Shown here: in pieces, positions 1-11,100 of the stretch | How the letters are laid out: every line of letters starts with the position of its first letter | How positions within the stretch are numbered: the stretch's first letter is position 1 | From: Desulfobacterales bacterium | GTDB lineage: Bacteria; Desulfobacterota; Desulfobacteria; Desulfobacterales; UBA5852 | Assembly: GCA_963674755.2 (NCBI GenBank) | Contig: CAXXVS010000002.1 | Location: 832,001 to 896,000 of the forward strand | Direction: 5' to 3' | DNA: 64,000 nucleotides | Translations under genes and position numbers: made by a program | Notes under the pieces: model-generated | Told to the model about the DNA's origin: nothing | The model's database searches: none | Seen by the model: the letters and a program-made list of their open reading frames with translations, nothing else

Positions 1-293
1 GGGCTGAGGTCTGCCACCGGATCAGGGCCCGCATTGGGCGGTGGCGGGGGCACGGCAGTGCCGGGATTTGGCGCCGGCGGCCGGGGCGCCAAAGGCGGCG
101 GCGCTGGCGGCTGTCCGCCGTCCCGGGGTTGGGAGGTGGACGGCGGCGAAGTCGTTTTCATATGATGCTCCGCCGCTTCGAGGGCGACGCCCAACAATGC
201 CATGGCCGCACCCCCCTTAAGCAGCCGGCCGGTTCTACGGTTGCCAAAGCCCGATCGAAGAAGCCCTCCCAATAACTTTTCAGGATCGAACAT
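1..293 (-). CDS. 5' part of a probable DUF533/YebE (TerB-like) protein; runs off the left edge
   Basis: Manual translation MFDPEKLLGGLLRSGFG...KGGAAMALLGVALEAAEHHM followed by a Pro-rich linker; AGGAG RBS at 303-307; alternative ATG at 299. Family call rests on N-terminal resemblance only. Confidence 0.5.
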   Translation of the reverse strand, partial: MFDPEKLLGGLLRSGFGNRRTGRLLKGGAAMALLGVALEAAEHHMKTTSPPSTSQPRDGGQPPAPPPLAPRPPAPNPGTAVPPPPPNAGPDPVADLS

Positions 294-402
294 CGTCATG
301 CTCTCCTATAGGTGGTCGTGCAATTCCGGCACGCATTGGTGTGACGGCAGCTCAGTTCCGAAAGGGGGCGCAAGAGACCGGGGCGCATTTGATCGGCACT
401 GC

Positions 403-1419
403 TCACCGCTTCTTCTCATTCGTAAGCCATTGACGCAGACGGCGCAACCCCTCTTCGGTGGAAACGAGCGGGCGATAGCCGAGGTCTTCCCGGGCGGCCC
501 GGATATTGAACCAGTGCGCCGTGGCCAGTTCCTCGGCCACGAAACGGGTCATGGGCGGCTCTCCGGGCAGGTGGCCGATGCGGTAGATCCATTCCAGCAG
601 GGCGCCGAGGCGGTGGGCGGCATGCTTCGATATGGTTCGCGTCACCGGCGGGAGGTCGGCGGCCGCCAGGATGGCATTCACCATGTCCCATAGCGGGATG
701 GGCGCGTCCTGGCTGATGAAATAGACGCGTCCGGAGAGTTCGGGGCGTTCGGCCAGTTTCGCGGCCGCCAGAAGGTGGGCCTGGGCCGCGTTGTCCACAT
801 AGATGGTATCGACCTTGTTGTAGCCCGGCCCCACTTGGCGCAGGCGGCGGGCGCGCTGGATGATCCGCGGGACCAGATGGTTGTCCCCCGGCCCCCAGAT
901 CAGATGGGGGCGCAGGGCCATGGTGCAAAACGTATCACTGGCGGCCTTCCGCACCAATTGTTCGGCAATCGCCTTGGTGCGCGGGTAATGGGTCGGATAG
1001 TTCTCCGCGTAGGGGACGGATTCATCCACCCCCTCCATATCCCGGCCGTCGAAGACCACACTGGGGGAGCTGGTGTACACCAGACGGCCGACGGCTTGGG
1101 CGCGGCAGGCCTGGAGCACGTTGCGGGTTCCCACGACATTCGTCCTGTAGTAGGCCTTATAGGCCCCCCAAACCCCGGCCTTGGCCGCCACATGGAAGAC
1201 CAGATCGACACCGTCGCAAGCGCGCTGCAGGGTATCGCCATCCGTGAGGTCACCCTGGATTTGCTCGACGCCCATGGCCTCCAGGGCGGGATAACGGGAA
1301 CGGGAGAAACTGCGTACGGATTCGCCCCGGTCCACGAGCATGCGCACCAGCGCCCCTCCCAGGAAGCCCCCGCCGCCGGTCACGAGGATGGTCTTTAAAG
1401 ATAGGGGGCGGTCGGTCAT
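403..1419 (-). CDS. oleD: OleD 2-alkyl-3-oxoalkanoate reductase (3-beta-HSD-like extended SDR)
   Basis: TGGGGFLG Rossmann motif, YPRTK catalytic motif, LRPHLIWGPGD; last gene of the oleABCD order. Confidence 0.9.
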   Translation of the reverse strand: MTDRPLSLKTILVTGGGGFLGGALVRMLVDRGESVRSFSRSRYPALEAMGVEQIQGDLTDGDTLQRACDGVDLVFHVAAKAGVWGAYKAYYRTNVVGTRNVLQACRAQAVGRLVYTSSPSVVFDGRDMEGVDESVPYAENYPTHYPRTKAIAEQLVRKAASDTFCTMALRPHLIWGPGDNHLVPRIIQRARRLRQVGPGYNKVDTIYVDNAAQAHLLAAAKLAERPELSGRVYFISQDAPIPLWDMVNAILAAADLPPVTRTISKHAAHRLGALLEWIYRIGHLPGEPPMTRFVAEELATAHWFNIRAAREDLGYRPLVSTEEGLRRLRQWLTNEKKR

Positions 1420-1446
1420 GACGGCCGCCTGTCGAACACCGAAAGG

Positions 1447-3156
1447 TCAGTTTTCACGAGGCGCTTCCCTGTTGTTTACCCGTTGGGATGCCCATACCGC
1501 CAGCTGCTCCCGGAAGATCTTGGAATTGTGACGGATGTCCACCGGAAAACCGGGATGCAGGAGGAAGGTGTGAATGGGCTGCGTCAGAGGCGAAGTCCGC
1601 GCCAGTTCTTGAAGTTCCGCCAAAAAATCCTGCTTTTTCATTTGCCGGCCCGCGGGAGTACGCTCGATGCAGATCACGGGCATCTGATGGCCCGGGGCGC
1701 CGACCCCCACCAGCGCACTTCGAAAAACCCCCGGATGGTTGTTGAAGATGGCCTCGCAGGGAATGGTGAACATGTCGCCCTTGGGTGTGGTGACCCGATG
1801 GCTTTTACGGCCGCAAAACCAGATCCGGTTTTTGCTGTCCCGCCAGCCCAGATCGCCCATGCGGTGCCAGAAGGTATCGCCGTCCTGGATTTTGGCCTGG
1901 GCATTGGCCGCTTCGTTGCGGAAGTAGCGTCGGGTGACCAGTGCCCCGCGGACGACGATTTCACCGATGTCGCCGTCCGGCACCACCAAATCATCGGACC
2001 AGCGGGGAATGGGGTCGTCCGCGATGCGAATGATGCGGACTTCGGTGTTCCGCAGGGGGCGGCCGACGCACATGCCATAGCCCTGTTCGCTCAGGGCACG
2101 GGTTTCGTTGAGAATTTCGCTACTTCCCAGGGAAACGACGGGAACCGCCTCGGTGGCGCCGTAGGGGGTATGAATTTCACTGGTGTCACCCAGCATGGTG
2201 GCAAATTGTTCGATATTGACCGGCGCAACCGGTGCCCCGGCCGAGACCACCCGCCGCAGGGACGGCAGCTTGACCTGGCGCTTGCGGCCGAAGGCGCCCA
2301 CCCGGTTCAGCAGGGCCGGCGAGGCGAACATGTTGGTCACGCCCTGGGTCAGAATGGGTTCGATAATCTTTTCCGGATTCACATAAGCGGGTTTGCGGGG
2401 GTCCATGTCCGGAATCACGGCCGTCATGCCCAGAGCCGGATCGAAGAGGGCGAACAGGGGGAAGGTGGGCAGATCGATTTCATCGTCGCCGATGTTAAAA
2501 TGCCCTTGGATCTGTTGGATCTGGGCATCGAAATTACCGTGGCTATAGATCACCCCCTTGGCCGGGCCTGTGGAGCCGGTGGTAAACAGGATGGCTGCGG
2601 TTTCGTCGACGGTCGTGGGCGCCATCTCAAAGGCCTGCCAGGGGCGGACATAGAGTTTTTCCAGCGAGGCACCGCCCCACAAGAGCCGTCGGCCGACGGT
2701 GACATTGATGAGCACCGACCGGAAATAGCGCGGGCAGCCGATGCGCAACAGATGGGCCAGGGGCAGACCGATAAAGGCTTCCGGCTGGGTGGAGGCCAGG
2801 CAGCGCAGCATGCGGCCAATCCCCATACCGGGATCGACGACCACCGGAACAGCGCCGCATTTGAACATGGCAAAAATCAGGACAAAGAAGTCGATACCCG
2901 GTTTGACCATCAATACGGTTTTGGTCCCGCGCTGGATGCCGATGGTGACAAGCCCTGCGGCCAGACTGTCGGATTCCCGGTCAAGCTGTTCGAAGGTCAG
3001 GTGGGCATAGGCCACACGGCCGGAGCGGTCCCGGCCGGCCGGGCAGACCACGGCACGCTTGTAGGGCATGCGTTGTGCGGATTTTCGCAGCCGGTAGGCA
3101 ATGTTGACGACGGGAAGGGTTTCGAGCGGAGGAGGCGATCCCATGGTGAAGGTCAT
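1447..3156 (-). CDS. oleC: OleC olefin beta-lactone synthetase (ANL adenylate-forming enzyme)
   Basis: FTTGSTGPAKG P-loop, PYGATEA, WHRMGD, C-terminal FPVDIRHNSKI typical of OleC; operon context. Confidence 0.9.
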   Translation of the reverse strand: MTFTMGSPPPLETLPVVNIAYRLRKSAQRMPYKRAVVCPAGRDRSGRVAYAHLTFEQLDRESDSLAAGLVTIGIQRGTKTVLMVKPGIDFFVLIFAMFKCGAVPVVVDPGMGIGRMLRCLASTQPEAFIGLPLAHLLRIGCPRYFRSVLINVTVGRRLLWGGASLEKLYVRPWQAFEMAPTTVDETAAILFTTGSTGPAKGVIYSHGNFDAQIQQIQGHFNIGDDEIDLPTFPLFALFDPALGMTAVIPDMDPRKPAYVNPEKIIEPILTQGVTNMFASPALLNRVGAFGRKRQVKLPSLRRVVSAGAPVAPVNIEQFATMLGDTSEIHTPYGATEAVPVVSLGSSEILNETRALSEQGYGMCVGRPLRNTEVRIIRIADDPIPRWSDDLVVPDGDIGEIVVRGALVTRRYFRNEAANAQAKIQDGDTFWHRMGDLGWRDSKNRIWFCGRKSHRVTTPKGDMFTIPCEAIFNNHPGVFRSALVGVGAPGHQMPVICIERTPAGRQMKKQDFLAELQELARTSPLTQPIHTFLLHPGFPVDIRHNSKIFREQLAVWASQRVNNREAPREN

Positions 3157-3164
3157 GCCATGTC

Positions 3165-4058
3165 CTATCTTACGGTATGCCGTTTAAGAAAATGGCGGAT
3201 GGTTTCCGTTACGGCCCGGGGCTCGTCCTCCAGGAGATAATGCCCGGCATCCTCGAAAAGATGGGCCTCGGCTCCGGGGAAGCGGCGCCGCCACTCCGCA
3301 TAATAATCCAGATCGAAAACAAAATCATGCTTGCCCCAGCAGATCAGCATGGGCAGATGACCCAGCCGATGCAGGTTGTCGTCCACCGTTTTAACGATCG
3401 GGTAACTGGGATCCCCCTCGGAAAGGGGAATGTCCTGGACGAAGCGGAGTGTGGCGATGCGGTGTTTGGGGCGGTCATAGGGGGCCAGGAGCCCCTGGCG
3501 CACCGCGCCGGTCAGGCGGCGCCGGGGCGCCATGACCACCGCCGCTCGTGCAAAAAGATTGAGTCCCAGGACGGCCGGTTCGGCAAATCCCTTGAAGTTG
3601 CGGAGCAGCCGCAAGCGGATGGGAATCGGTTTGCCGGCCGGCGGCCGAAAACCGCTGGTGTTGGTGATGACGATGCGTCGGATACGGTCCCGGTGGCGCA
3701 GGGCAAAGGCCAGCCCGATCATACCGCCCCAATCGTGAACCACAAGGGTAAGGGGATCGTCGTTAGCAACGTTGCTTACCAGGGCTTCCAGATCGGCGAT
3801 GCGGTCGGCCAGCCGGTAGCCGTAAGCGTGGCGGTCCGGCTTGTCCGAGAGGCCGCACCCGATGTGATCGGGGGCGATCACCCGGTAGTCAGCGGCCAGA
3901 TCGGCGATCAACTGCCGGAAGTAGAACGACCAGGTGGGGTTGCCGTGCAGCATCAGGACCGGCTCACCACGGCCCTCGTCCACATAGTGGCAGCGATGGC
4001 CGTTGATGGGCAGCCAATGGGACCGGAAGGGATAGAGCTGACGGAACGCTGATTTCAA
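3165..4058 (-). CDS. oleB: OleB beta-lactone decarboxylase (haloalkane-dehalogenase-like alpha/beta hydrolase)
   Basis: HGNPTWS, VHDWGG Asp nucleophile, AGHY His; lies between oleA and oleC; TTG start. Confidence 0.9.
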   Translation of the reverse strand: MKSAFRQLYPFRSHWLPINGHRCHYVDEGRGEPVLMLHGNPTWSFYFRQLIADLAADYRVIAPDHIGCGLSDKPDRHAYGYRLADRIADLEALVSNVANDDPLTLVVHDWGGMIGLAFALRHRDRIRRIVITNTSGFRPPAGKPIPIRLRLLRNFKGFAEPAVLGLNLFARAAVVMAPRRRLTGAVRQGLLAPYDRPKHRIATLRFVQDIPLSEGDPSYPIVKTVDDNLHRLGHLPMLICWGKHDFVFDLDYYAEWRRRFPGAEAHLFEDAGHYLLEDEPRAVTETIRHFLKRHTVR

Positions 4059-4128
4059 TATTAGACCGATTTCCTACAATATAGGGATGTTGATATTAAT
4101 ATATAAAGTATAGCTCGAAGAAATTGGG

Positions 4129-5169
4129 CTACCATTCAATGCCCAGCATGAGGCAATTCAACCCGCTGCCGATACCCAGGAAACCGACCCTGTCACCCTG
4201 AACGAGGAACCCCCGCTCCGATGCCAGGGCTGCGGTCACCATGAGGGAAACCGTACCGATGTTGCCCAGGTAGCGGAAGGTCGTGAAATCCCGGGAAGCG
4301 GGCAGGCCGATGGCCTTGAGAATGGCCTGCTGGTGGGAAGAGCCCACCTGATGGCAAATGATCTTGTCCGGCTGGTCTTCGTTCCATTGCAGTTCGTCGC
4401 GAAAGGCCCGGAAGGTCTCCACCCCCAGCTGGACACCGTTTTGCAGCACCCCCACCGAATCGGTGTTCATGACATGGGAGGCGCTGGCCGGGATGCCCGT
4501 ATCCGGGCCCCAGGTGCAGAGCCGGTGGTGGCGCACGGCATTTTTGACCATGCCCCCCAACAACCGGTGGCCGCCGTTGCCAAAGGAGCCGTCGGACAGG
4601 ACCACGGCCGCAGCCCCGGACCCGCCGGTCAGGGTGGCCACGCAATGCTTGAAACACTCCATATCGCCGGATGCGAGCATGCGTTCGATAGTGCTGTCCA
4701 CAATCTGGCGACAGGATTCGCAGGCCACCACCAGGCCGGCCCGGATCTGGCGCAGTTCGATGGCATTGGCCACCTGGAGGATGCCGTTCAGGATGCCGAT
4801 GCAGGCATTGGAAATATCGAAGACCTGGGCTGAAGATCCTACCCCCAGGCCGTCGGCCACAGCGCAGGCCGTGGCCGGTTCCAGGTTTTCCCGGCAGACC
4901 GCCCCATAGATCAGCATTCCGATCTGGTCGGCCGGAACCGCCGTTGCTTCCAGGGCCTTGCGACCGGCCCGGACGGCCCCTTCGGAGAGCCTGAAATCGG
5001 GATCCCAGTAGCGGCTTTCCTCGATGCCGGTCAACTGCTCAAGCTGGCCCGGCTTCAGGTGCAGCTGCTCATAAAGGGGGATCAGGCGGCTTTCCAGATC
5101 TTCGGCCGTCACCACATTGGGGGCCAGTTCATAGCCGATGGATTCGATGGTCACATTCCGGTAGCGCAT
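4129..5169 (-). CDS. oleA: OleA thiolase-fold head-to-head condensing enzyme
   Basis: ENLEPATA (OleA Glu), NACIG catalytic Cys, LTGGSGA, CHQVG, LGNIG, GIGSGLN. Confidence 0.9.
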   Translation of the reverse strand: MRYRNVTIESIGYELAPNVVTAEDLESRLIPLYEQLHLKPGQLEQLTGIEESRYWDPDFRLSEGAVRAGRKALEATAVPADQIGMLIYGAVCRENLEPATACAVADGLGVGSSAQVFDISNACIGILNGILQVANAIELRQIRAGLVVACESCRQIVDSTIERMLASGDMECFKHCVATLTGGSGAAAVVLSDGSFGNGGHRLLGGMVKNAVRHHRLCTWGPDTGIPASASHVMNTDSVGVLQNGVQLGVETFRAFRDELQWNEDQPDKIICHQVGSSHQQAILKAIGLPASRDFTTFRYLGNIGTVSLMVTAALASERGFLVQGDRVGFLGIGSGLNCLMLGIEW

Positions 5170-5189
5170 GGGGCGTCAATCTCGCATGG

Positions 5190-8100
5190 TCAGCGCGGGG
5201 GTTTCCGCGGTAGCAGGCCAAGGCCAAAGTTCTGCATCTTATATATATAAAGGCCGTCGCATTTCAAGTAACCGTCCGCCGTTATCGCGGGGTGGGGCCG
5301 GCTGCGGCGTTCGGTGATAACGGCTTCCACTTCCACCCGGCGATGGGTCGGCAGGATTTGGCCGCGGTAGCGCCAGATGTGGGTCGCCGGGGTCCATAAG
5401 GCCATGGCGTGGGTTCGGATTTCTGCCGGCCATATAGCGCCGGCCGCATATTGCAGCAATTGCACCAGGGATTCGATGCCCAGGGAACCGGGACAGACCG
5501 GGTCCTGGTAAAAATGGGCCTTAAAAAACCATTCCTCCGGATCGACGGTTTTCGAACCGCGGACATACCCCAGACCATGGGGACCGGCCTGGGGATCGAA
5601 ATCCTCGATGCAGTCGATCATCCGCAGCGCTTTGGAAGGCCAGGGCGCAGCGTTTTTCGGTCGGAGATGCGCATCTCCCGGGGTCAACGGCACCATGTCT
5701 TCCAGATGCTGCACCGTGCCGCCGGGCATGGCCGGTGTTGACGGACGATCGGCTTGCGGCAGGCCCACCTGGTTGGCCAGGGCCTCGGGGGTGAAAAAGC
5801 CGAAAGAGGTCTGGCCCTCATAGATCCGTCGATCCGCCTGCCGGACCTCGAAGGCATAGTGTTGGATGAGCATATCACCGGCCGCGCTGGATTGCAGGAG
5901 GCGTGCCCGTGTCCGCACCGGACCGTCCTGGCTGAAGACGTTGGCATGCAGGGTGGCTTCGCCGTCCAGATTGCGGAAATGGAGGTCTTTTTCACTCTGC
6001 AGGGCCGATCCCATGTAGGCCGCTAGAAACCCGCAGGCCTGCAGGGCAATTTCCATCAGAACGGCGATGGGCATAAACGCTCCGCTGTTGCTGCGGAAAT
6101 ACCAGTCTCCGGGGTCGGGGTGATAGACCGCCTCCACCCATCCGTCCGGGGCCACGACCCAGGCCGGCGGCTCGATGTGCGTGACGGCATCGATAAAGGC
6201 ATAGGGCGGCCCGGGCAGGCGGGCGATGAAGCGCTCCCGATCGAAAGGCCGGTAAGGGGGGCCGAAGGCGTGGGACGGCCGGCCGGTGGCAAATTCGATC
6301 AGTTGTTCGCGGGAAAACAGAATAGGGTTCGACTTGCCAGGAGCCTGGTTCCGCTCCCGGTCGGTTTGGGGCGTCATCGGCCGCCGCCAGAAATTGTCCA
6401 GGGCCGCGCGGTCCATCCCGCTCATTTTCATGGTCATGCCCCGGAACAGGACAATGCGGTGGCCGTCGGCATACATATGGGCGTCGGCGATCACGTAGGG
6501 CTCGGGGTTGAAGCCGATCTCACTGAGTTCCACTTCGTAGACCACCTGGCGCGTTTCCGGAGTGACCGGTCCGCGGCATTTCAGGACGGCCGGGCGTCCG
6601 ACCACGGGCTCGTAGACCACGTCGGGCCGATCGCTGATCCAGCCCATGCGCTGGAGCAAGATGCGCAGGGTGTGGGCGCAGCACTCGTACATCAGGGTTC
6701 CCGGCATCACCATGTCGTCTACGAAATGGCAGGTCAGAAACCAGTCATCCGGATGGATGTCGGCCTCTGCCCGGATCATGCCGAGACCGTAACGGCCGCC
6801 CGCCGGATCCAAGGCCTGGACCCGATGGATCAGGGCCATCCGTCCACTCGGCAGGCGCTGGCTTTCCGGCAGGCGCAGGCCTTCAAAAGCCGGACCGAAG
6901 CAGGCCCCTAAATCGCCCTGCCGGAGAGCCTCCAAACCGGCTTCGTCGTAGGCTTCCCGGACCATGGCAACCGGCGGCTGCCAGTCTTCCGGGGCTACCC
7001 CCGTTAACGGCCTAGTGTCATCGGCGGTGAGGATGATGCCGCCGGAACGGCGCACTTCCTCCTCGGTGAAAAAACCGGCGCAGCCGTTGCGCATGGTGAT
7101 CAGGGGCTGGCCGTCGATGGTGCCGTCGAATCGGAAGAAGAAAAGCCAGGTCGCCCCCTGGCGGATGAATTTTTCAATCCGGATGTCATAGCGGATGACC
7201 TCGCCGGGCCGCGGCAGCCCCCGATGAAAGGTGACCGTCGCGTCCAGCAGACGATAGGTGCGCTCGCCCTTGACCTCCAGGTCGATCCCCAGGTAGGCCG
7301 ACAGAAACAGATCGGCCTGGCCCGCTTCCACCGCAATGCAGACCGGTGCCCGGCCTCCGTCCAGGTACCAGGCATCCGGATGCACGTCATGCTCGGTCAC
7401 GAGACGACCCGGACCCAGAACGCCTTTGGGGCCTTCCACGCTCAGGATGCGGTCCACCAGCATCAGCGGTTCGTCAGGCAGCCGCACCCGGGCCGGAAAC
7501 CGGTCCACCGGTGCGAATTCCGGCCCCAGGACCATGGCCACCGAGCCCACGGCGAATTCCAGGCACATGGCGCGGTCAAAGGCCACCGGCGGTAACGGAT
7601 CTTTGGGATAAGTCTGTTTTGGTGCTTCGCCCGGAGCGGCATCATCCTGGGAGGGGCGGATCAGGGGCTGCTCCGGCAGCCCATCAGCGAGGAGGTCTTC
7701 GTATTGGGCCTGGTGCATCAGGCGGGTGTGCAAATCGACGATCTGGGCGTACTGCCGGCCAAGATCCTGGGTCAGATCCAGAAAATGCTGGTGGGCCGCG
7801 CCGGTGGCGGCCAGGTGATCATTCATGCCGCGGATCAGGGCGCTGGTCTGATCGAAGAACAATTGGCCGGCCGACACCTCATTATCGACGGACTCGGGCG
7901 TTGGATCGATCCCTGTTGGAGTGGGATCCTGTTTGATGGCCGGCGGCGGTGACGGATTCGGGCCCACGGGATGTTCGCGCTGCGGCGGACGGGGCGGATC
8001 GAGGGGCATGCCGCCGCAGCCGATCGATACGATGCGGGCTTCCCGGGAAGCGGATCCCGCCCGGGTCGGCCCAAGGGCCTCATCCGGCGGGAAAAAGCGG

Positions 8101-11100
8101 TCCAGCCGGACCGGCAGGCGTTCGGCCGCCAGCACCCCGAGGGCTTTGGCCAGGCCGGCCACCTCGTTTTCCGGATCAGGGGCAACCGTCAGGGCCAGGT
8201 GGGGGCGGTCGCTCAAAATGCGGCGAATCATGCGCGTGCAGGACCCCCGGGGGCCGACTTCCAGAAAGAGCCGGGTCCCGTCGCGATAGGCCTGCTCGAC
8301 GGTGGCCGGAAAGTCAAATCCCGCAATGGCCTGCTTTAAAAGCGATTCAGCGGTCGTCTCCGGGGTCAGATCGATGCGTCGGCCGGCGGCACAACTGTAA
8401 TAAGCCATGCCGGCCGGCGGGGTCGTGGGAAACCGGTGAAGCGCACGGTAGGCCTCGGCAACGGACTGAACCGCCTCCCAGTGGACCGCTACGACGCCCT
8501 CCAGATAAAAGGCCTGGCAATCCATACGGCCGATCAGATCGGCCACCGCCGGCCCATGGCCGCCGATGACGCATTCTTCAGGGGTGTTGATCATCAACAG
8601 GCGCACCGCCGGAGCATCCTTCAGGAATCTCCGAACAGCATCGGTCGGCCGGTTGACCACGGCGACGCGCCAGTCCACCGGAACCTTGTCCGGAATGGGG
8701 AGATGGCCCCGGGCGGCTTGGCAGGGGCCGGCCAGCTGGGTGCGGAACAGGTCCGAGTTTTCCATGCGTGCCAGCATCTGGCCGCGGTCCGGCCAGGCGC
8801 CGGTGGCAAAATAACCCACGGTTTCCCCGAGGCTGTACCCGAGAACAGCCGACGGCCGTACCCCCAGGAAGTGCAGCAGGTCGGTGGTCAGGCAGCCGAA
8901 CAAGACCTGTCCGTAAATGGCCGTCACCGGGTCGGCGTCGAGGGCGGCCTGGGCTTCCTGGCGCCAGTTTTCAGGCCAACGGGCGCGATAGGGCATCAAC
9001 ATTGCGGCACGGCCCTGGGCTGCGAAACGATCCGTCGATCGGCTGGCGGCCCGCCAGATTTCAGGCCACTGCAAACTCAACTGACGGCCCATGCCGAGGT
9101 AGTGGTTGCCGGATCCCGGATAGACCAGGGTCGGCTGCGTTGTCGGACCCAGGGGGTGCGGGGAAAAGTGGCAGCCACTCATACCGTGGAAGGTGATTGG
9201 ACGGCGTTGCTTCAACGCCTCGAGGGCATCGTGGTGGACCCGGTCAAGGTCGCCATAATCTGACAGACAGATGGCCAGGGCGCAGGGCAGCTGCGGATTC
9301 GATCCATGGCGGTGAAACCATTCCAAGGCTGCCGTCCCGATGGACCGTCCGGAGCGGCGGCTTTCTTCCAGGTGTTCGGTCAAGGCGGACAGCCGGTCCG
9401 GCAGCTGCTTAACAGTGGGGCTTTCCAGCATAAAGAGGCCATGCTCGGGGATGCCGGCCGGGGCGGTGAGCAGGGGATCGGTCTTGGGGGTATCTTCAGA
9501 AACAAACTCTTCCAGGAAGACCGACATGGCGTTGCCGTCGGCCGTAAGGGCATTGAGGCAGGCCCGTCGAGGAAGGTCTTCGCGGTCGGCCGACCAGAAA
9601 AGAGGCCGCATCGGAACATGGAAAAAGTCTTCACCGGTTGAAATGTCAGGAGGTGCCTGATAACGGGGCAGGGGGGGGAGAATCTGATGAAAGAGGCAAA
9701 GGGCGGTTTTAACCAAACCGGCCAGGCCCGCCGAGGCACCGGTGTGCCCCAGGGCGGCCTTTACAGCACCCAGGGCAAGCGGGGTTTTGCGGCGGCCACC
9801 GAACACCTGCCCCAAGGCATGGTATTCGGCCTGATCTTCGGTGGGAACGGCGGAACCGTGGGCCTCCAGGTAGCCCACGGATTGGGGCGCCACATCGGCT
9901 TCATCGAGGGCGTTAACAAGGGCGGTCTCGAGCGCTTCCCCCAGGTCATCGTTTTCAAAGGTCCGGCTCCGTCGCGCCGCCCCCAGGCCGCGCACCACGG
10001 CGTATACGCGATCCCCGTCCCGGCGGGCGTCCGCTAGGCGTTTCAGCACCACGGCCGCCGCTCCCTCGCCCGGCAGGGTGCCGTCGGCCCGCTTGCCCAG
10101 GCAGTCAGGGGATGCCCCCGCGGCATAGGCCTGACGGCTGTGGGCTTTGATTAAGCGTCGCAGGTCTCCGGGCAGATCCACCGCGCCCACCAGCATAGTG
10201 TCGACTTCCCGGCCTTGCAGGGCCTGCATCGCAATGGAGAGAGCTTTGAGACCGGAGGCAGCCTCGTCGGAAACCGTGAAGCTGGGGCCGCCAAAACGGA
10301 ATTCGCGGGCGATCCGGCTGGCGATCACGCCCCCCAAAGCCCCCAGCGTGCGGGTATGGGTCAGCGGGGGGGCGAATGTATCCGACATGGCGTGGGCCCA
10401 ACCGCTCAACTGGTCCGGGGCAAGGCCCAAACCGTAGCGTTCGTTCCATCGGGCCACCCATTGATCTGTATTCCAGCGGAGATGAAAATTCGTATTTTCA
10501 AGATCGAATTCCATACCGACGATGCAGCCCATCCGGGGGCGTTCCTGATGGGGCGCCAGACCGGCGTCCTGCATGGCCCCCAGGGCAACCTTGAGCATCA
10601 GCAGGTGTTGGGGCAGGAGGTCCGGGATTTCCTTGGGGGGGATGCGGAAATCGGCCAGGGCGATGGAGAAATCCTTCAAGAAGGCGCCCTGCAATGCCTG
10701 GGAGCGCTGCAAATAAGATCTTAGAAGGGCCCCACAATTTTTTGAACGCGGCGCTGTTAGCGGTTCAAAGGCGGCGTCGCCCCTGAAAACCATTTCCTGA
10801 AACGCTTTCAGGTTGGCGGCCGGGCCGAACAGCACGTCCATTCCCACAATGGCAATGGGATCCGCGTTGGGGCGGGATGCGCTGACCACATGGGCGGTCC
10901 CGCGCCGGTCAGGGGCACCGGTGGGGGCATCCCCGGGCGGCCATTCTTCCACCAAAACATGGGCATTGATGCCGCCGAATCCAAAGGCGCTGACGGCGGC
11001 CCGGCGTGGTGTGCCGTCATTGCGGCGGGTCCAGGGCATGGCCCGGGTCGGGACGCGAAAGGGGCTGTCCGACAGACCGCTCTCAGGCGTGGGTTCCTTA

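Noticed and set aside
1483..3240. Long antisense ORFs (also 35556-36728, 41714-43063, 47825-49093, 60963-62303)
   Set aside because: Shadows of real genes in GC-rich DNA; no recognisable motifs.
3165..4058. Haloalkane dehalogenase
   Set aside because: The fold is similar, but the position between oleA and oleC identifies OleB.
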